A stretch of 20,000 nt of DNA from Monosiga brevicollis MX1 (Eukaryota): assembly GCF_000002865.3 (NCBI RefSeq), contig NW_001865091.1, positions 74,974-94,973 of the forward strand. Reading direction: 5' to 3'. Below the pieces are notes generated by a model. That model made no database searches, was not told the DNA's origin, and saw nothing but the letters and a program-made list of their open reading frames with translations. Below, one piece after another: positions 10,301 to 19,758 of the stretch (position 1 is the first letter of the stretch; each line of letters begins with the position of its first letter). A program made the translations under genes and the position numbers.

Positions 10301-13300
10301 GTCAACTCAGATTACTTTGCTCTTGAGCTGGAGGGTATGGTCCTGTCCCCAGCTGCGGGATGGTATCGCGTTCAATGCCCTGAGAGTCGTGTGAGCTGCG
10401 ACTGGGTGCTTGCCAACTCGTCGGCCAGTGTGGTGCAGCTTGGGCAAGGCTGGCAAAACCTGTCCGTCGTGGTCACTCATTCTCGGTATACGGCCACCTT
10501 TTCCTTGGAGCTCGCCGGGCCCTTTGCAAATGCCACCTTGGCCGAGTCTGCGGATGCCGCCGAATACTGGTCATTTGCTGATTGGCAGCTGGGGCATCGT
10601 GCCGAGTGCGACCAGTGCGACAATGGCTGTTGCATGGGTGATGGCGTTTGCGTGTGCGAGCCCGGCTGGGCGGGGGCCACCTGCAACATCTCCCTGCCTC
10701 TGTGCAATGGGAGCGATGTCGAGCGGTTGCCAGGAGCAGTCGCTCGCTATTATACGGATCGCTCATATGATTCCTTGGTGGCGACCGACTCGGTAAGCAA
10801 GCTGGGCCGTGATTTTGGCTACGACGCACCGTATGCTGGCGTGCCCAATGCATATTTTGCCATTCGCTATGAGGCCTTTTTGGAAGTGCCTCGCAACGGC
10901 TGGTACCGTTTTCGTTTCGTTCAAGACCGAATGAATGGTTTATTGCGCGTGGCCAACCAACTGGTGTTGCCAACCAGTGGCGGATTCAGTGCGAAAATCT
11001 ACTTGTATGCCTCCGTTCCATCGCCCCTGCTGCTTGAGGTTTACGAGACTTCATCGTACGACAGTTACTATGACCTACATGTGCGCGGTGAAAACAACTA
11101 CGAGGTCGACTTGGATTTGAACAACCTTTTTTACTTGAGTGGTGCATGTGGCTGTCTTCCTTGCGACCTGGCCACAATCAATGATTACGACCCAGCATTT
11201 GACGTCGCTTCCACAGCGGCACTTGTTGTGCGCGAGGGACAATTGGGCCACGTCCGCTGGCTTGAAGCCACCGATCGGGACAGTGGAGACTCGTTTGGCA
11301 TCCAATATGAGCTGATCTCTGATCCCAGTGGTTGCTTTTCTCTCGATGCCGTGACCGGCCGACTGAGCCTGGCGTGCTCAGTTAACAAAAGCACCATGCC
11401 GGTTTTTGATTTGGTTGTGGTTGCCTCGGATTCAGGTTCCCCGCCGCGCAATGGTACGGGAACGCTGACCGTATCGGTCGAATGTGCCGTCGGCTTTGCT
11501 GGGTCAAACTGCTCATCGTGCGCTGCCAATTACGGGGGCTCGACGTGCGCACGGTGCGTGCCTTGTTCGAGTCACGGTCAATGTGGCGAAGGAGGTTTGT
11601 GCTATTGCACCGATGCCACCTTCACCGGCGACGCATGCGCGGATTGCATTGACCGCCATTATGGTGGATCGTGCCAACCATTGCCCTGGCTAGCGAGTCT
11701 GACGCCGACGACGGGCTTGGATTTTGGCGGTACCACCGTCACGTTGACGATTCACAACATGCCATCGAACCGCCCCAACGTATCGTGCGTCTTTGACGGC
11801 CTAGCAGTCCGGGCTGTAGTAGTGAACAATGAGACCCTGACCTGTGTGACGCCCCGCCACGAACCTGCCACCGTGGCCGTCAGGGTCACATTTGACGGCG
11901 GCGCCACCTTTGTGGGACCCAGCTCGGGACAGTCTTACAGCTATGTGGGTAACTGCCCGCAGACAGACTGTCCTCCAAATCGTGCCTTTTGTGTGTTTGG
12001 TGAGTGCTATTGTAAGCTAGAGTTTTTTGGCGACAAATGCTCGCAGCAATATGTGCGCCCGACGATCAAACCCGTGAGCAGTACCACTGTTTTGCCTGGC
12101 GCTGCCTTTGCGCAGCGGCTCGATCTCCAAGCCGGAAATGGGGAGATCACATGGGTTCTCATGGAGGCGCCGGCCGGTGCTTACTTGCAAGATGGCACCG
12201 TTGTGTGGCCCAAGGCAACAAGTGCATCATCTCTACATTCGTTTGTCGTGGAGGCCCGCAACGCCTATGCTGCGGGTTCCGTCGCATGGGGCGTGGCAGT
12301 TCCCTTTGCCTATCAGGCGAAGGTTTTGTCACTTGGAACGCTCGACATTCAGGGCTCACCAGCATTAGTACATCTGACAGGCGTGGTCAACAAAAGTCAT
12401 CCGGACATTACGTTGGACAGCCTGGAGGCGCTTCCGGTTAAAATCTGGTATGTTGATGGTTCTCACGAAATTCGTGCACCAGCTTCGGGCAAGGTTGTGA
12501 ATCGAGGCTTACCTTTCACACTCTGTTTCATTTTCATGTCCTCTGTGGCACGCGCGCACGCATGGTATCGAATTGCAGGCTTACGCAAACCACATCACAC
12601 AATCGACGCCGGGCTGCCATGCAAGCCATTATCATGCGTGTAATAACCAATGCCACTGGTCACTTTTTCAAGCAGCTCAGTATCACGGATCTTGGTCACT
12701 TTCAAGTGGTATGTTCGTGTTGTCTCAATGTTTATCGCGATACATCCACACTCCAGCTGAGGGGCGGCCCAGAGAAACAGACATATCTGTGGGCCTTTTT
12801 TTTTTGTTTTTTTTTCCACTGTTATTTCTTTTTTTAAATTTTTTTGGCCTGAAGTTTTCTTTTGCGACTTTCTTTGTCGGCTTCCCATGTTCACATGTAC
12901 ACATGCCAATCGGAACTAGGGTGTTTCACACGCAGACGCAACGGTCATGGATGACCAACGGACCGTGGAGGTGGCGGGTCTAACAGCTTCACCGACCTCT
13001 GTTGAGGTGCCGCTGTTGTCTGGAGATAACCAGACTGTCTTCTTAGCCCGTGTTGCCAATCCTTCGTCTGTGGACATTGACAACGTGGAGCTGACGCTGG
13101 GTGGATTGTATGGCGTGCCGATACCAGATGAAGTTCGCCTGCATGCCTTCCTTGATCGTACAAACCTGGCTGGTGGCAGCTACACCAATCTGCGCTTATC
13201 CGCGAGCGTGTCGGACGAGTTTACCGGCTCCGTGCTGGTGGGCCTGCGGATCACTGAAGCCAGCTATGGAGTGTTTGTTCCAGTCACGGTGTCTGTTCGT

Positions 13301-16300
13301 GTAACTGCGCCCGCTGCTCGCATCAAGGCCTCATCCACGTACTTTGCGGTGACGGCCATCCGAAACGCCTCCAGCAGCCGCCTCGTCACTATCACCAACA
13401 CGGGCAGTGCTGCTACCCCACCACTCATTGTGAAAGTCCCTGATGGACAGTCACTGATCAGCACAGGCATGCCCATGCTAGCACCTCTCGAGCCGTCTGA
13501 GAGCGCACAGGTGTCTTTGGTCATCACGCCGCAAGCCGATGCAGATCTGCGCCGCGGCACCGCCACCATTGTCGTGCGTTCGGCGGAGGCCTCGTTGCTC
13601 AATTCGCTTAGCATTAAGCTTGACTTTACAATCTCCAGCAATTCCTCCTACGACGTGCCCGTGGTGGTGGAGAACGAGTTTACGTATTTTGCCGAGGGCG
13701 CGCCCAATGTGTCAGATGCCACCGTGCGCCTCGTCGGGCAGAGTCGCAGCTTCCGGCAAACACTCAAGACCGGTGACTCTGGGACTGTGGTGTTTCGGAA
13801 CATTCCCGAGGGCTACTATGAAGTGAGCGCCCAGGCTTTGCGCCATTCAGCTGACTCTGCATTGGTGCGGGTCAACAACGAACTTGGTCTGACCCGACTG
13901 TTTCTGGCACGTGCTGCGGTCAGCTATGTCTGGACGGTGACACCCACACAAGTGGAAGAGACGTACACCTTCAAGCTGGAGGCGGAGTTTGAAACTCGGG
14001 TACCAATGCCTGTGGTCACGGTCGAACCAACATCGATTGATCTCGATCGCCTTTCGTACGGTGACATTTCTCAACTTGATTTTATCATTACCAACCACGG
14101 CCTGATTGCCGCGGAGAACCCGACGTTGGCCTTACCAACTGATCACCCGGTGATTGAATTCGTGCCTCTGAGCGAGCCTGCCGAAATAGTACCTGCTCAG
14201 ACAACAATCGTATACTCTTATCGAGTTATTGTGCACAATATTGGTGGCAGCGATGATGATGCTGATGATGACGACGACGATGCAATCATTGTAGATGACG
14301 ACGACGTGATCGCGGGTGATGATGATGCCGCGACCGGCGACGATGATGCCGCGACCGGTGATGATGATGCTGCGACCGGCGATGATGACGCTGCGACTGG
14401 TGATGATGACGCTGCGACTGGTGACGACGATGCTGCGACCGGCGACGATGATGCCGCGACCGGCGATGATGATGCCGCGACCGGCGATGATGATGCTGCG
14501 ACCGGTGATGATGATGCTGCGACCGGCGATGATGACGCTGCGACTGGTGATGATGACGCTGCGACTGGTGATGACGATGCTGCGACCGGCGACGATGATG
14601 CCGCGACCGGCGACGATGATGCCGCGACCGGCGACGATGATGCCGCCACCGGCGATGATGACGCTGCGACTGGTGATGATGATGCTGCCACCGGCGATGA
14701 TGACGCTGCGACTGGTGATGATGATGCCACGACCGGCGACGATGATGCCACGACCGGCGACGATGATGCCGTCACCGGCGATGATGACGCCGCGACCGGT
14801 GACGATGATGCCTCGACTGGTGATGATGATGCCACGACCGGCGATGATGATGCCGCGACCGGTGATGATGATGCCACGACCGGCGATGATGATGCTGCGA
14901 CCGACGACGACGATGTAACCGATGACGACGATCTGGATGATGACGACGACGACGATGATAATGACGATGACAATGACGACGGGTGCATCGGCTGTGGTGG
15001 TGGCGGTAGCAATGGCGGTGGTGGCAGCAATGGTGGCGGTGGCGGTGGCAGTGGCAGTAACTCTGGCGGCCCGTATGCTGGCTCTTGTTACACCGGCCGT
15101 TTCCAGTATTCTTATGTTTGCAACGGCCGACAAACCCGTGGTGTGGCGATTGAAATGACAGGTGGTGGCCGGCCGTGTACTGCCGCTGGCCGTGCAAGAG
15201 CATATGTCAGAGGCGGGAGCAGTGGTCGCGTCGTGTATGCCTCTGTAGGAGTCTCCTCTCCTGGCCGCTGTGGTGACATTTGCAAACTCGGAGATGTGTT
15301 GGCCAACTGTGCTGGCAATGATTGCGCGGGCTCTGCAGCTGCCGCTGCCCTGAGCATGCTGTGTGCAGATGCCCAAGACATGGCAAAGCGACTTCCGCGC
15401 GCCATCATTGATTGTACTGTTGGTGGATGCCCTCGTGCCATTGCCAACATCCCATTTTGTGATACCAATGCATTTGGAATTGTACAGTGTGTTGGTAATA
15501 TCGTCACGGGTTGCACGGGCCCTTATGGCGCTGGTAAGTTTCAAATCGTTCGAGCATGTTTGCGTTGTCGTTGGCCCATACTTCGCCTCTCACAGTGGTG
15601 TTGTTGTGTTGAAACTTTTTGTTCTTGTAGCGGCATCTGCAGCTGTTGGAGCAGCCATGTGCGCGGCGAGTGTGGGCCAGGCTGTTGGCAGCGCAGGCCG
15701 CCGGCGCCGCGACATGGTCCCAACTTTCTGGGAGTTGGTGCGACGTGACGCGGATGAGGATCTCGCTGCTGAAGCAATGTATCAAGCTGCGATCTGGCTC
15801 GAGAATTACGTCCTGCTGATGCAGAGCATTTTTGGCACAGACGATTTGAGCTTGGCGTTTAGCTACAATCCCTCATTCCAAGCACAGCACTTCATGCCAG
15901 CCTTGGCTGAGGGCGGGGACTTGGACTCTCTGATCTCCAACGATGAGCTAAGCAGTGTCATTGACGCAGTGCCTGCTGGTGTCAATGCTTCGCTGGTGGC
16001 CTCTTGGTTCCAGCGCTACAATCGCACTGCCACTGCATGGACAACTGGTGTGTTCAATAGTACAGCGGGTGACATTTTCAATCTGACAGAGATTGAATCG
16101 CGTTTCACCCAGCTCAAGGCTGACACAGACAGTGCTCGGCTGCTGGGGTATACTGACATTCTCGCCGCTTTCCAGGGAGCCCAGCAAACGTTTGAGCGGG
16201 CGCGTGAAGCGTCGGCAAACAAAAAGGGTGTGTGTGCAGCGGTGACCATTAGCATCGAGCAGGAACTGGTGCTGACGCGACAGGCGTTTGAAGCCAAACT

Positions 16301-18635
16301 GGAGATTGCGAATGATGATTCATACGCTTTGACTAGCATCAACGTCGAGTTTATCATCACCAATGTTGTTACGCGCGCATCATCACGCCACGTTTTTGAG
16401 ATTGGCAATGCCACCCTTGAAGGGGCCTTGACAGGCACTTCAGGCAGCGGCTCACTACCAAGTGGCAGCACGGGAACAGCAACGTGGCTGATGTTGCCCA
16501 ACAGCTTGGCAGCGCCTGGTCAGGGCGCAGTCGAGTACGAGGTCGGTGGCACCCTCACCTACACCGTCAACGGTGTTACGACGGAAGCAAACCTGTTTCC
16601 CGATACCATTACTGTCAAGCCCGATCCCAGAATGACGGTGCACTACTTTTTGCAAGAATTTATCGTGTCAGACGATCCCTTTACAGCCGTGCAGGAGGCC
16701 GCACAGCCAGCTGTGCTTGCGGTTGTTGTGCACAATCACGGGAATGGTACGGCAGAGAACATGCGCATCTCTTCGGAGCAGCCACAAATTGTGGAGAATG
16801 AGAAGGGACTGCTCGTCGGGTTTCAACTGCAATCGACGGCACTGGATGGGGCTGTCATCAAGCCGCCGCGATTGGAGAACGTGGCCTTGGGAGACCTGTC
16901 ACCACAGGCAAGCAAGGTTGTTACATGGGAACTGTTGACTACACTCCAGGGACGTTTTACCAATTTCCATGTGGACATGGAATACAACAACGTGTTGGGC
17001 AAGCCCGAACTGGCCTTGATTGAGTCTGTGTCCTCGTACAAGCTTCTGCACATGTCGTCGGTAGCAAACGGCTTTGAATTTGTTGTGCGAGCGCCAACCG
17101 TCGGGTTGTTTTGGCTGTTGCACAGCCAGGACCCACGCGAGGTTGTGCCACTTGCCAATCCGACAAACAATACCATCACAGAGTACAATGCGAGCTCTCA
17201 GGTACTGAAATTTTCATCCCAGACTTTGGTGGCCGGCTATCGAATGACTCAGGTGCAATTGCCAGAACGCCAGCGCGCCTCGCAAGTGGTGCGTCGGGTA
17301 GATGGAACTTCCGTGGTTTTGGATCCCAGCCGCTTTTGGGTGATTCATGTGACAGAACACTTTGAAGAAAGTCGGCGGCGACGGGCTGACGACGACGCCG
17401 GCGAAACCACCAGCACGCTTTATGTGGTGGATGAGGACGAGAGCCCAACAGCACGCGCTTATGATTACGAAGCCACCTTGGAACCCGACCCTGTTGAGTT
17501 GGTCAACGGTACAGAAACCAACGGAGACGGCAGCGCCGACGACGATGATGGCACTGACCCTAATACTGGTACGGGTGACGATGATGCCGCGGGCACGGGT
17601 GACGACGATGCCGCGGGCACGGGTGACGATGATGCCGCGGGCAAGGGTGACGATGATGCCGCGGGCACGGGTGACGATGATGCCGCGGGCACGGGTGACG
17701 ATGATGCCGCGGGTACGGATGACGATGATGCCGGTCTTGGCAAGTGGTCCACACCGACAAGCGGTGGGGACCCCAAAACCACGGACGATCCCACTCAAGA
17801 AAATCGAGATCCCAAGAACGCCAGCTCTTCAAGTGGTTTCCCGCTCTGGCTCATCGCAGTGGTGGTCATTTTGGTTGTGGTGATTGTCATCATTCTCTTG
17901 GTGCGTTACTGGCGTCGGAGTGGTGCAGAGGGCCGTAGAGCCCGTCGCGTGCGTTCGGTGGGTCCGGTCAAGGACGAAGAGACGCGAACCCACTTTGAGA
18001 ATCCAGGCTACTCGGATGTGCTTGATAGCTCTGCCGGGTTGTATAGCGAAGTCGGGCCCGGCGAGCAGCAGGGGCGAGCGATTGCCAACCCCTTGTATGA
18101 TGGTGGGGCTGTGGCTGACTATGCTGAGGTCGGTGAAGGTGACCAGCCGTACGCAGATGCCGCAAATGCTCAACATACTGACAATGGTCGTTTCTTCACC
18201 GGTCAGTACTTTGACCCCCAGCAACAACGAGCAGGGGCGTCAGCTGAATACTTTGATCCGCAACAGCAGCGTGCAGGGGCGGGAGCCGAATACTTTGATC
18301 CGCAGCAGCTACGACAGCATCACGCACAGGGCTCGGCAGAGTACTTTGACCCGCAACAGCACCGTTCGGGCGTTGTCACAGGTCCACTGGATGACGAAGA
18401 GCTATATGCAGATGGTGCTGCAGTTGGCGCGCTGAATTCGGGGGCCACCACCTTGTCAAAGTCAGGCATGGACGATGGCTACTTGAACGTGCACGAGGAC
18501 GAAACCGAGGAGCAAGATGGATATCTTGACGTCGGTGAAGTGCCCGATAACGACGATGGCAGTGCCAATGACAACTTGGGTTCTGGCTTGGCTACCTACT
18601 TTGATGTTCAGCCCATAGCCCACGAGAAGAAGTAG
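4317..18635 (+). CDS. Giant type I transmembrane adhesion/receptor-like protein (4580 aa): EGF/PA14 array, cadherin, IPT/TIG, Ig-like domains, acidic repeats, TM, multi-Tyr tail. Exons 4317-4395, 4533-12447, 12579-12708, 12920-15533, 15631-18635
   Basis: gccATG at 4317 is followed by a signal peptide (MIHSNRVVPLLMGLCLVLSQLADVTQG). Introns: 4396-4532 (GTATCC..TACAG, phase 1), 12448-12578 (GTATGT..TTGCAG, phase 2), 12709-12919 (GTATGT..ACTAG, phase 0), 15534-15630 (GTAAGT..TTGTAG, phase 1). They join ORFs 4221, 4481, 12562, 12947 and 15363 in frame. Summed exon length is 13743 nt, divisible by 3, with TAG at 18633-18635. Confidence 0.88.
4536..11140 (+). repeat. Five tandem supermodules of about 1390 nt (about 464 aa): EGF(s)-PA14-EGF-PA14, giving 10 PA14-like domains
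   Basis: Recurring motifs GLxAxYY..G, WGYGxPxxG..sDYF/W....GxlxPxxTGWYRF, ..LxAGxxYxlrxe..LxWxGP...VP, typical of PA14. They alternate with CxxxGxC..CxCxxGxxGxxC EGF-like repeats. EHYRCR codons at 5741, 7130 and 8525 (spacing 1389 and 1395). Confidence 0.8.
11177..11482 (+). other. Single cadherin (EC) repeat
   Basis: INDYDPAF...VREG...ATDRDSG...IQYEL...FSLDAVTGRL...LVVVASDSGSPPRNGTGTLTVSV matches the cadherin motifs NDxxPxF, E, AxDxD, Y, FxIDxxTG and AxDxGxP. Confidence 0.88.
11684..11947 (+). other. IPT/TIG domain
   Basis: PWLASLTPTTGLDFGGTTVTLT...VSCVFDG...VVNNETLTCVTP...VAVRVT...YSY matches the TIG pattern PxIxxxxPxxGxxxGGTxVTI...CxxP...Y. Confidence 0.85.
12059..12304 (+). other. Putative Ig / dystroglycan-type cadherin-like beta-sandwich
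   Basis: PTI....TVLPG..F...L...G..ITWVL.EAPAG..L.DG.V.W.....FVVEARN. Confidence 0.5.
13706..13905 (+). other. Carboxypeptidase-regulatory/Cna-B-like (transthyretin-like) domain
   Basis: NVSDATVRL...KTGDSGTVVFRNIPEGYYEVSAQA matches the A.V.l...TdxxGxxxFxxlPxGxYxlxa pattern. Confidence 0.65.
14315..14902 (+). repeat. 21-nt coding tandem repeat, 28 copies, encoding (GDDDAAT)n
   Basis: 588 nt / 21 = 28 units in frame, flanked by poly-Asp stretches and followed by a Gly/Ser linker (about 14993-15069). Confidence 0.95.
17571..17735 (+). repeat. 24-nt coding tandem repeat, 6 copies plus a partial one, encoding (TGDDDAAG)n in the juxtamembrane stalk
   Basis: acgggtgacgatgatgccgcgggc repeated, visible directly. 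Confidence 0.93.
17844..17903 (+). other. Transmembrane helix
   Basis: LWLIAVVVILVVVIVIILLV followed by RYWRR (positive-inside rule). Confidence 0.93.
18204..18362 (+). repeat. Four cytoplasmic (E/Q)YFDPQQ repeats
   Basis: TAC codons at 18207, 18249, 18291 and 18342 (spacing 42, 42, 51 nt). Confidence 0.9.
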
Positions 18636-19758
18636 GCAAGTCAATTGTCATTGACCTTTGTGTCATTTCGTTGACTTGATAGTTGTTTTCAAAAACGAAA
18701 TTTGTGCATTTAATGTGTTGTTCTCCTGAGTTGTTTGACTTTGATTGCAAGTGATGTTTGATAGCTGACATGTACACGTGGTGTCGCAATTGATACTCCT
18801 GAAACGAGGCTCCCCTCACACAGCTGCTGATCCCCAAAGACACTTCCGGGAAACATTCACATTGAAGGATTTCTTGTTGCCTTGAACTGCTAACATTTGC
18901 AAAAGTACCCTTTCCTGACCGACGACTATCAGGATCCTAGAGGCGCAGTTGGCTGGCGACACGTCTCCTTCACGCTTGATTTGGAAAGCACCTCCACGCG
19001 ACTGGACCTCCCGTCTTGTCAACCTCAGCACGGTTGTGGCGGGCACGCATGCGGCGGGCCTGCTTGCGGCTGATCATGGCCTCATCAAGAGTTGATGATT
19101 CACTGCGTGCTTCCTTCGCGAGTTGGCATTAGCGGGATATTTTTGATACAGCCGGATGAGGTTGAATCGGTTCGCTCATGGGCTTTGAATGCGTCCCAGG
19201 CGGAGGAGCAGCAAACGTCGAAGATTGAATGTACCTTAATATGTTGTTCAGCGGGATAGTTCGGTCACCTCCTTGAAAGTAACATATGTATTCCCTTTTT
19301 GTAACAACATATTGCTCTTGGGATTGAGGCAGGTGCGATTAATTGGCAGTCAGTATTTCGGGTCGTGCTCGGCGATTCTGTCTGCTGTGCGTTTCAAATC
19401 AAGCACAGCAGAAGCGCTAAATTTTTGCGGATCAAACGAGGGTGCTCTTGTGTTCATACGCTTCCTGTGGATGCCATAGCAGCCCAAAGACCAGAAAATC
19501 ATTTATTTTGAAATAAATCCCATTTCTTTTCCATACGAAACTTATTTGGCTTTGACTCTCTAGGGCTACATGGCTCTGATTGGTATGTCAAATGGCAGCG
19601 CCATAAGACGAGTCAGCGAAGCAATGAGACAACTTGGTGGGTAGAAGCAGATGGACAAGACAAGTTCCGATTGATCAATGGTCATTCAAGGTTTATTTCG
19701 ATTGACAAACGCCCGGGACGATTTTTTTTTCTAAACACTTAGTAAGCAAGCTGTTTCC

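Noticed and set aside
4533..12447. Assignment as tenascin, teneurin or Notch
   Set aside because: The EGF repeats are tenascin-like, but no FN3, fibrinogen, YD/NHL or LNR domains are seen, and the ankyrin repeats belong to a separate opposite-strand gene.
12448..12643. C-terminus of the 2720-aa ORF as a true protein end
   Set aside because: A GTATGT donor at 12448 and an in-phase acceptor at 12578 continue the frame, so the apparent tail is intron read-through.
14315..14902. CRISPR-like periodic array
   Set aside because: Head-to-tail repeats with no unique spacers, in frame within a eukaryotic exon, and no cas genes.
14132..15544. Long antisense and alternative-frame ORFs (14132..15544 -, 14218..15030 -, 14316..14918 +)
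   Set aside because: Shadows of the stop-free 21-nt GDDDAAT repeat. The Asp frame is continuous with recognisable domains and tolerates silent changes.
18477..18533. Canonical ITAM (YLNV...YLDV)
   Set aside because: The spacer is 10 aa and the +3 residue is Val, outside the YxxL/I-x6-8-YxxL/I consensus. Kept only as generic Tyr motifs.
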